Source: Octopus vulgaris
Lineage: Eukaryota
Reading direction: 5' to 3'
Assembly (NCBI GenBank): GCA_951406725.2
Contig: OX597828.1
Span: forward strand, 27,032,001-27,096,000
Length of the DNA stretch: 64,000 nt
Part shown: piece after piece, positions 51,388 to 64,000 of the stretch
Position numbering within the stretch: position 1 is the first letter of the stretch
Layout: each line of letters opens with the position of its first letter
Notes under the pieces: generated by a model
The model's database searches: none
What the model saw: the letters and a program-made list of their open reading frames with translations, nothing else
What the model was told of the DNA's origin: nothing
Position numbers and translations under genes: made by a program

Positions 51388-54300
51388 CTAAATGGCGGTG
51401 CCCCAGCATGGCCACGGCTCGTGAGCTGAAACTAGATAAAATAAAATAAAATAAATAAATATTGATATTGGAAACATTTCCTGAAAATAATGGGTATTGA
51501 TGCCTATTTTGATGGTTTACCATAACTGTCTCCAAGACTTTTGAAATGTTGCAAAAAGCTGATAATGGCAGCCGAGATACTGGTGGCATTGTGCTGTTAT
51601 GTGAAGGACAAATCTTCTGGTTGCATGTGTTGCCCTACCAGCCTAAAAGTTAAGTCTACTTATACACAAAGAAAACTTTGGAGGACCAAGAATTTCATGT
51701 GGAAAGTAGCAGAATTTGGAGAAATAGGGATGATACTTGAATATTTACACTACACACTACTTCAACATCCCAGAAAACACAGTAACAACCATTTAAAGGT
51801 TTTCTCTGAGTGGAATAATTGCTAATGTGGTCACCGAAGATGTCACTCAATCTTTTGAACAACAGTCTTGCTTGTGGTGTTCGAGCAAGGATGGCTTCCA
51901 TCTTCATATTCTAGAGATTTCTCATGTCTCTAACCAAGTACAAATACTTTCCAATCATTCTTGGTTGTTCCCCCCCCTTTTTTTTTTAAATCACTTTAAT
52001 CATGTCACCATATTTCTGTTGAAGAATACTGCCTTCATTTCAATTAATTTTGAAAATAATGAAAAATTCAATAAAATATCTTTGTCATTATTGAGCTGTG
52101 TTTGCAACATTAACATGGAGTTTTGATGGAAGATTTTAATTTCGATCGCTTTAAAACAAGAGGTTTGCTTCATAAATCCAGAAGCAATTAAAGGCAGAGT
52201 GATATTGAAAGAGTTATTATCTACGATGAGGAAGAGCAGCACCTGTGATAATTATCAGGACCTTTGAGATTATTAGGAGTAAAGGAAGAAGCTGTCCCCT
52301 AAGTGCAAACCTGGTTTGATTGCTTACAACAAAAAAGGTTCCACTAGGGGCCAGATTGTGGCATTAAACTTGGTGGCATATCAAGTCTGTCATGCAATGA
52401 CTGAAACACTCTTTTCAGTCTGCTTTAACAGTTTCCATCTACAAAATTTTGTCCACAACATTTTGGTTAATCTAAAGCTGTGGAAAACTGGTTTTGAAAC
52501 ATGGTCCATATGACGCTTGGGGGTTCACACGAGATTCCATTGTTAGAATTTATCTGCAATAATTTGGTTATTCTTCAACAATGCAACAAAGTATTTTCGC
52601 AATTTTTTTCTTACAATTCCAAATAATATTCAACTACAAAAGTGTAACGGGATTTTTTTTCAACATCAAATGGCTATGAGGGTCCACCTGAAACAAGAAA
52701 TAAAAATCAAAGGGGTCCAGAGGTGAAAAATGGTTGAAGAACAAACACACTTTACTGGAGGTGCTCTAGAGCAGGAATAGAACTCATTACTAAATTTTTG
52801 CAAACCAAAGTTCTCAGCCACTCGGTCATGTCTTCGACTTTTGCCTTAATGCTGTCTAACAAAATCAATAATCTTGCAAATTCTGTATTTTTCACTATTC
52901 TCTGGTCTCTGTGCTTTTATTACATGGTCAGTTTGCTCAGAAAAAAATCCCACAGGATGTTCCAACAGACATTATCCATACCAGATTCTAGCTAGTGATG
53001 GTATCATTTTCATTTACTTTGAATCTAAATTTCCTACTAAATTCCCAGTGTATCTTCCTTTTTTTTTTTCTTCTCCTATCATGTCAAATCATGTCTCATT
53101 CTCCATTCTTTTTTCCATCATCCTTCGCTATTCACTCGCTTATATTCCTGATAGTTTTGTCTACTTTAACACACATCTGACACTTAACTATCTTACTGGC
53201 TTGTGTCTATTTTGGCTTAAATCAGATTTGTTCCAATTGCTTGCTCTTGTGCAGTCACAACCACGGTCCCCCACCTCTCTCTCTCTCTCTCTCTCTCCAT
53301 CTTTCATTGAAATCCCTCTGTCCTTCTCTTTTTTGTCTTTTATTTGTCTCACAAACTGATCATATAACACATTTATTTTACAGTTGTCCATCTTCTTTTT
53401 TTATTTCCACTGCAACGTCATTTCAGCATCTCACATTCACTAGACATCTTCTCAGCTCTTCATACACACTTCTTTCCACATTCTTTACCTAATACACTCC
53501 TCCAGCCTTCTTCTACAACTGCCTTCTCTTTTCTGAACAACACATCTGAAGGATTTAAAATATGTTGTGCATATCTTTAGTAATTAGAAATACAGCAAAC
53601 ATTTACATTTAGGGTTGGTGCCACGTATAAAGGGCCAGTGCTGGTGCCATGTCTAAAGCATCGGTGCTGGTGCTGCATAAAAAGCACCTAGTGGACTCTG
53701 TAAAGTGGTTGGCATTAGGAAGGGCATCCAACCATAGAAACAATGCCAAAACATATAATTTGTGCAGCTCATTGGCTTGCCATCTCCTGTCAAAGCATTC
53801 AATTTATTCCAGCATGGAAAAATGGACATTAAATGATGATGATGTAAACACTTGTATTCTGAGGGTGCTTCTCTATTCTGTCTCTGAATGCAGGACTCTA
53901 TGTCACTGCAAGCAGTGAAACAGCTTTGGTAATGTTTTGGCCCCTTGAACCACAACACCAGAGCTACCCAAGGTTACCCACCAATATAGGTGACAAAACT
54001 CCCACACAGCAGCATAAGCTTTGTGACTCTGGGCCAGATATTTCTGTCTTCCTCCATACTTGTTCCTGCTGTACTTGCATCTTTTGTTATGGCTGCTTCC
54101 TCAGCGGCTTCTGACAGTTTTCTGTCAGCGTCAGCATCTTTTCTCTCCTTTGCAACTAGTCCTAAGACTAGTTCTGTCTATCGAGTGAACTCTGGTTCCA
54201 ACAAATCTACTACCACCTTATCCCTTTAGGCCTCCCATCATTGTTTTGACAGAGTTAAACCAACTCAGAGTATTTTCTGATGAAAATAGGAGTTAGAGCA

Positions 54301-54699
54301 TAAGGAAATATCAAGAGGAACCTTAGATGAGATGTGATTCAGGTGAGCATTTTAGGTTTAAGACACTACTGATGTTCTAAGGTTAATGAGAAAAATTCAA
54401 GTTCATGACTGAAACCTTATTAATATACCTGAAAGTTGTTGACTTGAGACATGCCTTTGATAAGCTACCATGCTCTATAGTCTGGTGGCCCCTAAGGATT
54501 TTCTATCTGAGTGGAGAAAATATTGTATGCTGTTGCCAATGTGTGTGACATTGTATGATAGCAAGATTTGGACATTGAATGTGATGGATGTGCTGAGATT
54601 GGACAAATGTAAAGTGAGTATGCCATGCTGGCTGCATGATGTTATTAGGCATTGACCAAGTGTCCTTTCTGTGTCTCGGTTTTGGCTTGACAAGACTCT

Positions 54700-55025
54700 T
54701 CAGTTCCCACTGTATGCATACAATGAACTAGGTCCTTGTTTCCATTCTTTTAAGCCATCAATCTACAAATGTCTTTGATGCCCTGTTTTGCTTTCCCCCT
54801 TTACACTTCCTCAGAGGATGTTCTTAGGCAGTGACTCATGTTCAAAAGGCAATGGCCTTGTGGACTTGATTCTCAACTCCCAGTTTTATTTTTTTAGTTC
54901 CACAGTGTTTGTTATCCTATCTTTCTAGCTTATTCTGCCCAATCAACAAAAGATCCCCATTTCAAAAGCGTCTGACTTCTTCTCCATTGCTCTGTGCATT
55001 GTCCAAGTTTCTACCCTGTGTAATG
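54700..55025 (-). mobile_element. Decayed RTE LINE 3' fragment
   Basis: The minus strand encodes VETWTMHRAMEKKSDAFEM (the ExWT...DAFEM motif). Another decayed RTE piece lies on + at about 54430-54650 (SKIWTLNV). Confidence 0.65.
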
Positions 55026-55506
55026 TTAACATGAATACATAACAGAACACAATTGAGCTGAGAGGGAAAATAAGGGGACGAAAGGGGAAATATGAGGAAG
55101 CAGTTGTATCGATATGGATATGTGATGCACACACAGGGGAATGGTATTTGGTAAAGGGGTGTCGAGTCATTTAAATGGCAAGAACCTGAGGCTGTGGAAT
55201 AGATAGGAAGGATTGGTATAAAAGCTGATCTTAATGGGCTGTGTTTTACAATGAAGATCACACAGGCCTGTAACAAGTGGTGATACGCTCTGTTGGAGAA
55301 GACTAATTTAATCCATGCTAGCATGGAAAAAAATGTGTGTGTGTGTATGTGTTTGTATATATATTTAATAATAATGATAACGATGAAGCTGATATATGCA
55401 TATGTGTTTTTGTACTTATGAATGTATGTACAATTGTGTGTGTGTGCGTGTATCAATGGTAGATGCTTTCGGCAATGATATAAATTGTATATGTGTATGC
55501 ACTATA

Positions 55507-55560
<54 letters not shown>

Positions 55561-55683
55561 CAAATGCAATGAGCTAGACCATTACAGATACACAACTCTA
55601 CCTCTCTTTGTTTTGGTTAATTTAAGTGATATATCTACACAGTTTTTTTTAAAATAAAGATATTATGTATTTGTGTGTGCCTG

Positions 55684-55761
<78 letters not shown>

Positions 55762-57339
55762 ATATATGTGTGTATGTGTATATATGAGAAATATATGTAT
55801 TTATATGTATATATATATATGTGTGTGTTCTGATAACTACATGTTTGTGTGCATGCGCAAATAATTATTTATGACTCTGTAAAAGCATATACATTTGATT
55901 GCATTGGTCTGTGTTGATGTGGTAAGAATAATAATTACATACACACAGATATATGCGTATAAACATATAAACATGTCTACACATACACACACACACACAT
56001 ATGCATACTCACATATATATATATATTCATATATATGTGTGTATTTACATATCTATGTTTGTGTGTGTATTACTCACACATATACATAAAATGGCTGAGT
56101 AAGAAATGAAATGATTGATCTAATTTACAAGAAATCAGAAAAAAGTCCAAGACAGAAATGGCCTGGAAGTCATCCAGAGAAGAAACAAAATGAGGAAAAG
56201 AGATGTAGAAACAAAATATACATACATACATATATATATGCATATGTATATGCATATATATGTATTTATACATACATACATGCACACACATACATATATA
56301 TATATATGTAATGAATAAAAAAAAAATTCAACAGAAATGAAGTAAAAAAATGGCTGGCAAAAATGAAGCATGATGGGAGAAGAATGAAAATGAAAGAATA
56401 ATGATGAATAAAATGAAATCAAATGTAACAAAATATAATATAGATCAACAAAACTTGTATTTTATTCCCACACAAAATTTTAAGACACAGTTTCTTATTT
56501 TTTAAATTTCCCTTTTTTTCTTACATCTTACTGGATTTTTTTCTGTCTTTTTTTTAAATATTTTTTTGATATAATCTTTTTATAATTTGTTTTCTCTATA
56601 TATTTGTATTTGATTGTTGATCTTTATTTATTTATTTAGTTATTTCCTGTGGTCTCAATCTATTAATATTACTGTTGTTGTTGTTTGTGTTCCTTTCTAT
56701 TATTCATTTTCTTTATCTATTTATGTTATGTTTGTACCTCCTCCTGAACAAGTAAGATTGATGGCGGAAATAATCTAATGCTCCCTTCTATCGCTCTTAC
56801 ATTTATTAAAACCATTTAGAATTTCAGTGGTGCATGTTTCTCTAAGCTTCCTTGATCTTTGTTCTTCAAAAATGTATCTTGATAAAGTCTGCGAGTAGTG
56901 GCACTTCTTTTCAAATTTATTTTCTTTTAAATCACATTTTGAAAACACAAACACACATTTATAAATACATACGCATACATACATGCATGTAGTTAGACAG
57001 ATGCATTCATACGTATAGATACATGTGCATGTATACACACACCGATATCTGTATATCTATATATGCTCACACAAACACACACATGAACACACACCTGTGA
57101 ATATGCTTGTACAGATTTATGTAATATATATGTATATTTGCAGAAAAATATAGATATGAAGTAATTTATGTATTGTTTATACGAATATTTTTTATGTATG
57201 TGTACTTTTATAATACATAGACACTTGTACTCATATATATCTATGTGGTGTGTGTGTGTGTATTAATATTTGTTTTTTTGTTCTGTTATAATATATATTT
57301 ATACATATATATGTGTGTGTGTGTGTATTTATAAGCATA

Positions 57340-57371
<32 letters not shown>

Positions 57372-57473
57372 CATACATATATATATATACATACATACAT
57401 ATATATACATACATAATATATAAAAATACAATATATAATATATATATAATAAAAAATATAAAAATATATATAC

Positions 57474-57516
<43 letters not shown>

Positions 57517-57633
57517 TGTATGTATATGTATTAATACGTATGTATAAATATATATATATAAATATGTATGTATATGTATTTATACGTATGTATAAATATA
57601 TATATATATATATGTATGTATTTGCATATATAA

Positions 57634-57674
<41 letters not shown>

Positions 57675-58319
57675 ATACATATGAAGTAACCGTCTCGTTA
57701 CTGTTATTGTGTCATTATCTTTTTACTGTTATGGATATATTATTGTTGTTGCTGTTAAATGTACTCTCTATTAGGTTGTGCTATGTTCTCTTCACTTCTC
57801 ATTCTTGTTGTTCATGCTTGTGTTCTTGCTGTCTTTGTTGTTGTTGTTGTTGTCAGTTCAAAAGACTTGACTAAATACAATTATAACAAAATTACCCCCA
57901 AATCACTCTCCCAATAGATCTCATTTTTTACTTATTTTTTTTTGCTGAGAAAGGAAAATAAAAGCCTCCAAAGACGTTTTCTTTTTTTCTGTTTCGTTTC
58001 TTTTTTCTGGATTTTTTTTCTCCCTTCTTCAGACGCCCACCCTTCACCTCCAAGAAAAAGAAAAAAAATCTACCATCACTACCACCCCTGTACCACTTTT
58101 GCATCATTGCTACCTTCTTTCTCTATCCATCTCACCAGAACATAACATCTACTATGGGAAAGTTAATCAAAGTTCCTTCCACCCTTGTTGCATATCTCTA
58201 CACCTCTCATGTCTATTCACTTGTTCTTTCCCTCTTCCTCTTTGTCACATCTGTCTGTTCTAATCCTGCTCTCTCTCTCTTGCATTTTCTCTATGTACAT
58301 ACATACATATATATATATG

Positions 58320-58450
<131 letters not shown>

Positions 58451-59436
58451 TATAACAGGTTTGTCTGTCTGTTTGCTTCCTAACCACATGGTTCCGGGTT
58501 CAGTCCCGGATCTTTGGGCAAGTATCTTCTACTATAGCCTCAGGCTGACTGAAGCCTTGTGAGTGAATTTGATTGGCAGAAACTGAAAGAAACCTGTTGT
58601 GTAAGAAGTGCTGGTTTCTAATTGTGGAAGGGAAGCTGTAGAAGTGGTAGACCCAGGAAAATGTGGGATGAAGGGGTGGAATATGAGCTTCAGATGTTGA
58701 GTCTCATGGAGACAGTGACAAATGATGGAGGCTTTTGACTATTTGCTATTGTTTAGAAGACATGCCAAGCATAGTGACATTGTAGTTGAGGCTAGTGCTG
58801 GTAACATGTTAAAATGCACCTATGCCAGTGACATGTGAGAGACACCTGTGCTGGTGGGCACCTGTGCTAGTGATACACAGAAGGTACTCCACTCTGTGGA
58901 GTGGTTGGTGTTAGGAAGGGAATTCAAGTATAGAAACCCAGACAGATCAGGCTGGAGCCTGGTGCATCTCTCTGGCTTACCGGTTCCAATCAAACCATCC
59001 AGCCAATGCCAGCATGGAAAATGTTTTTGTGTTTGTTTGTTTCCCACCTCAGCTGGTGTTGGTATGTTTTCATCCCTGTAACTTAGTGGCTCGGTAAAAG
59101 AAACTGGTAGTATAAGAATCTGGTTCAAAAAATAATAAGTCCTGCAGTTGATTCATTAAGCTAAAATTCTTCAAGACAGTGCCACTGCATGGCCACAGTC
59201 TAATGACAAACAAGTAAAAAAAAAACACTCATACATATACACAGTCTCTTTCAACTATCACAATGTCACGACAAGGATACGAACATACTCACACAAACAC
59301 ACATACACACACATTCATACAATAGACTTCTTTCAGGTGGAGCTATACCAGAAGACACTTGCCAAAGATGCCACACTGTGGGACTGAACCCAAGACCACA
59401 TGGTTGGGAAGCAAACATCTTACCACACAGCCAGGC

Positions 59437-59496
<60 letters not shown>

Positions 59497-61071
59497 CTTT
59501 GTCTTGACATTATGTGATAATGGAAAGAATATTATCATCATCATTCATAAAATATATCATATGCTTGGATACAGGTAAGGGTTGAGGACAGGGTGGTCAC
59601 CTGGTCCCAAAAAATCTGTTTCAACAAATTGCATCTTATCCATGAAAGATGGACCAATATATTAGCTTCACCATTGAACACCAAAACAGTGATGGTTCCC
59701 TCTCCTTGCTTGACTTTCAGCTAAATATCATGGATGAAGGAAAAGTTCTACTGAAAATCATCTTGCTGGGACCTCTTCATCTATTACAAGTCAGCCCACC
59801 TCATCAGTGCTAAGATAAGCTATGTACAGAAGAAGATCAACTAGATATACAAGACATGCAGCAACAATGCCAGCCAGGATGCTCTTGTTGCTCAGTTCCT
59901 CAGATTCCCAACATCTGTTGTGAACTCCATACATGAACAGAAGCCAATTAAATGTGGCAAGTGGGATCTCTTTAAGACCAACTTCTTGTAGATTCCCCAC
60001 TTTAGCGAGAGAACCACCTCTGCTATTAGAATGCCATCTGCAGGGAAGATCTCGTCATCCTTCTGGCTGATTCTGGACTGCCCCTATGTAAACACCTATC
60101 AATGAGGTGGCCATGCATAGAACAAAGTCCTGAACACTGGTGTACTGCCCTGTTCACTACACTAACATGTGCCTACACACATACATAATATATCAGATAA
60201 AGTGCCCTAACCACTCCCCATTTGAATGAAGGAGCACCTCACTACCACCATACCTTCCTTCAGCAAATACTTAACCAAATGCAGTAACATCATCAAAGAC
60301 AAACGCCTCCATACTAGCCTAAGAGAGGAAGACAGGAAATTTTTGCATCAAGGAAGCTATATCGATCCACCACCTCAACCCAAGCAAAGGATACTGACAT
60401 TATATATTTTCTGTTGTAAAGAAATGTCTTGTTCTTCCAGTTTGAATTTGTAAGAACTGGTGGAATGAAAATTCACTACTAGTAGAAATAAAAGTTTATA
60501 GCAGGAAGGGCCATAGAAAAATCTGCCTGATTAAAGTGTTAAATCTTCTGAGACTAACCTACCTTTAATAATTTTCCTTTTTGAAGTTGATTGTACTCTA
60601 ATTACTGGTATGCAGGTCAAATCTTCAAGACCAAAATTTACAGCCAAAAATGTAGGTTGACACAGACAACTTTGGAAGTTCAAAAATTCCATGAGAAATG
60701 TAGTAGGATTTGTAAAGCTAATCATGATGTTGACTCTATCTGCTACATGAACTTGCATGCTGGAGAATGTGGTTCTATTCCATCAGAATTTTATGGTAAT
60801 TCATGTGCGGAATACCAGTTTCATAACAACAAAGTTATTTAAATAAATTCTTTATTATTTACAAAATGTATTGAAACAAAGACTGTATTTCAACAAGACT
60901 ATTCTAACAAAACTTTTAGGCCTTTTGTGATTCTGAAAAAAATGGCTGCAACAATCACTCTAATGATGATGACAGTGGTGATGATGCAGCAAATGGACCC
61001 TGAGTTGGGAACTTCAAGAATAGTGAGTTCTCAGTACTTAAAGGAGAATTACAAATATTGTATTGGACACT

Positions 61072-61651
61072 CCTCTGATTATAAATATCTTTGGTCATAC
61101 ATATCATCATCTGGAAAAGATTTTCTAACTAGAAAGGGTATGGCCTGGTCAGCCTGTAATGACATGCATAAGATCTGGTCATCAAATCTAAGAAACTTCA
61201 AACTTGAAATCTTCAAAGCCACAGTCGAACCAATTCTACTATATGGCTCAAAAACCTGGACGTTATCAAAGAAGCTAGAGAGGCGGTTGGATGGAACCTA
61301 CACTCGCCTCCTTATGAGAGCTCAAAATCTCTCGTGGAAGCGTCATCCAACCAAAATGCAAGTATATGGGAAACTACCACCTGTGTCATCTCTTGTGAAT
61401 GGTAGGAGAGTCCAGTTTGCTGGACATTGTTGTAGAGCTGAAGACGAGGCAATTGGAATTCTGCTGGTGTAGAAAATCCTCCGGAAGCCATCTACTCGCA
61501 GTACCAGAGGGCGCACACTCTCCTACACTGATGTAATCTCCAGGAATACAGGCATCCAGCAACAGGACCTCCGTAATGCTATGATGGACCGTGAAGTCTG
61601 GCATAGCATGGTAAATTCCATTGTCTCGACCACGGTCGAACAATGATGATG
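61072..61651 (+). mobile_element. 5'-truncated RTE-clade LINE with a 10-bp TSD
   Basis: Translates to DYKYLWSYISSSGKDFLTRKGMAWSACNDMHKIWSS...EPILLYGSKTWTL...RRVQFAGHC...AMMDREVWHSMVNSIVSTTVEQ* with a (TGA)n tail. TSD attggacact lies at 61062-61071 and 61652-61661. Confidence 0.95.
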
Positions 61652-61969
61652 ATTGGACACTGGAAAGTGTCCAAGATTTTTAGTTTCCAACAACAGAAAA
61701 ACTCAGAAGAACAATTGGTGAAGTTTTGAACTTCCCATTAAAAGTAAAATATACTCTCTTTCTCTCCTCCCTTTTTTTTCCCCTTTATTTATCTATCAAT
61801 CTATCTATCTCACTTTCTCTTTAGCTCTTTCACTCTCTCTCTCTAGCTTTATCTTTTTCCCCTCTAGCTGTCTCTCTTCTCTGCCTCTTGTTTGCATTAT
61901 CTTTCCAGCTTTCTCTCTCCCCTCTCCTCCCTCTATTTTTTTTACTATCTTCCTCTCCTCTTCCTCCTT

Positions 61970-62255
61970 TCTCTCCCTCCCCTGTTAACCTCTTACTCTA
62001 TCCCCCTTCTCCTCCTCATTTCTCTGCTGTTACATTATGAGTCTATTACTCAGTCGTCCATTTAGAACTATCTTCCTCTCCTCTTCCTCCTCTCTCTTTT
62101 TGTCTATTTCTGACTATTCCCTTTTCTCTCTCTCTCTCTCTCTCCCCCTGTTAACATCTTACTCTATCCTCCTCCTCCTCTTCCTCCCTCTTATTTCTCT
62201 GCTGTTACATTATGAGTCTATTACTTAGTCGTCCATTCAGAACTAACTTCCTGTA
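61970..62255 (+). repeat. Local tandem duplication, period about 170 bp
   Basis: cccctgttaac...atttctctgctgttacattatgagtctattact...agaacta occurs twice. Confidence 0.85.
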
Positions 62256-62843
62256 ACTTCCCAATCAGCTTAAGAGTTAAACCAAGGATTTCTTTTGATT
62301 TCTTCTGGCAGATAGATCTGGCTGCGATCTATTTGATCAGCCATAATCTAGTTTAGAATCAACGAAAATAAGGAGGAGAGGAACCAGAGAAGAGGATGAC
62401 AAAGAAGAGGAGAGAAAGGAAACAGGTCGGGTGGTGGAGAAGGATGGTTCTTACTGGGACCTAACAGAATTTCCATGTGCAAGGGTTTCGTAGGGTAACT
62501 CTTGTCACAGTAATTTGAATTATGGGGGGGGGGGGGGGGTGATGGTCAACTGGAACATTTTTTCCTGTGTCCACAATTGGTTACTTTGCTTTTCGATCTG
62601 TCTCATGCTTTCCTTCTTTCTCTCCTTGCCTCCCTCTTTCTCTCTTCTGTTGCTCTCTCTCTCTCCCTCTCATAGATTTTTTTCTCTTCACCCTTACTTG
62701 AAAACTTTATCAAGTTCTCTCTGTGTCCCATATATATATATATATATATAAATATATATAATAATAATAAATATTAGGGAATAAATCCAAATTTACAAGG
62801 AAAAATCAGATTTAAGATTGAATCCAATTTTATAGTAAAATAT

Positions 62844-63000
62844 TATATTATATCAAATTAGAGACAAAACCACTATTTTGCATATCAAACAAAGAAAGAC
62901 TTAAGCCAATACATAAAATAATTTATATAAATTATTTTATGTATTGGCTTAAGTCTTTCTTTGTTTGATTTGCATAATAGTGGTTTTGTCTCTAATTTGG

Positions 63001-63009
<9 letters not shown>
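62844..63009. repeat. Loopless palindrome with 83-bp arms
   Basis: The centre is at 62926/62927. I counted 3 mismatches by eye. Confidence 0.95.
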
Positions 63010-63042
<33 letters not shown>

Positions 63043-63089
63043 ATATATACACACACATATATATATATACACATATATATACATACATA

Positions 63090-63312
63090 CAGTAATCCCT
63101 TGACTATCTCGGGTGTTACTTCTAACCCCCAACCCCCCTGTGATAGGTGAAAATCCGTGAAATAGAAGCAGTACTGTATGTTTTTTTAAAATTCATTTTT
63201 ATAATTTGTACATATTTATTTTATTATAAATGCAAAACAACAGAAGAGGAATCGATGTAAGCTTAAGTAATAAACTGCAATAGGTGATCCACAATATGGC
63301 AAGGGATTACTA
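63090..63312. mobile_element. pogo/Tigger-type MITE
   Basis: Reads TA-cagtaatcccttg ... caagggattacta-TA, i.e. CAGT-type TIRs with a TA target. Confidence 0.8.
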
Positions 63313-63472
63313 TATATATATATATATATATATATATTGAGAGGGAGGGAGTAAAATATTACACAGTAACACAGCAAACGAACACATGGTAAAAACACGT
63401 ATAAGACAGGATCTACCCTCATCAGTTATTGTGCCATTATTGGGACATATATATATATATATATATATATAT

Positions 63473-63856
63473 GGATGGAAGCACTCCGTCGGTTACGACG
63501 ACGAGGGTTCCGGTTGATCCGATCAACGGAACAGCCTGCTCGTGAAATTAACGTGTAAGTGGCTGAGCACTCCACAGACACGTGTACCCTTAACGTAGTT
63601 CTCGGGGATATTCAGCGTGACACAGAGAGTGACAAGGCCGGCCCCTTGAAATACAGGTACAACAGAAACAGGAAGTAAGAGTGAGAGAAAGTTGTGGTGA
63701 AAGAGTACAGCAGGGAACACCACCATCCCTGCCGGAGCCTCGTGGAGCTTTAGGTGTTTTCGCTCAATAAACACTCACAATGCCCGGTCTGGGAATCAAA
63801 ACCGCGATCCTATGACCGCGAGTCTGCTGCCCTAACCACTAGGCCATTGCGCCTCC
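63473..63856 (-). mobile_element. tRNA-headed SINE, family D, full length, tail type 1
   Basis: The minus strand starts ggaggcgcaatggcctagtggttagggcagcagactcgcggtcataggatcgcggttttgattcccagacc (A/B-box-like). It is CpG-rich, which suggests a young copy, and has a hairpin-rich tail. Confidence 0.9.
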
Positions 63857-64000
63857 ATATACATATATACTGTGCTGGTGTCAAATAAAAAGCACCTTTC
63901 AAACGCGGTCGATGCTGGTGCCGTATGACTGGCTCTCGCGCCGGTGGCACGAAAAAAGCACCCACTACACTCTCGGAATGGTTGGCGTTAGGAAGGGCAA

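Noticed and set aside
53974-54230. Coding-like minus-strand stretch (LVAKERKDADADRKLSEAAEEAA...)
   Set aside because: There is an in-frame stop just upstream and no recognisable family. It may be a decayed TE ORF.
60927-61472. 181-aa ORF as a host gene
   Set aside because: It is read-through from flanking DNA into a truncated RTE whose boundary is defined by the TSD at 61062-61071.

Overview
This is eukaryotic, AT-rich DNA saturated with microsatellites ((TA)n, (CA)n, (TC)n, (TAA)n, (CAT)n, (TAC)n). The repeat content suggests an octopod cephalopod (Octopus-like), which is an inference. I found no convincing host protein-coding exon; nearly all long ORFs are translated microsatellites. The window is a mosaic of at least four SINE or SINE-like families, truncated non-LTR retrotransposons (RTE, CR1, R4/Dong), Tc1/mariner, pogo-type and TTAA MITEs, and Penelope-like (PLE) remnants. 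Five observations stand out. (1) A full-length U6 snRNA copy ending in TTTT is fused to a retroposon 3' tail. (2) A TSD-flanked, tRNA-headed element carries a Penelope-type minimal hammerhead ribozyme plus an inverted partial copy of itself. (3) Several further hammerhead-bearing elements and near-perfect palindromes sit inside (TA)n tracts. (4) A TSD-flanked non-autonomous RTE derivative has a pseudoknot-like 5' end. (5) There are chimeric and locally duplicated retroposon structures. All alignments and folds were done by eye, so boundaries of old repeats are approximate.
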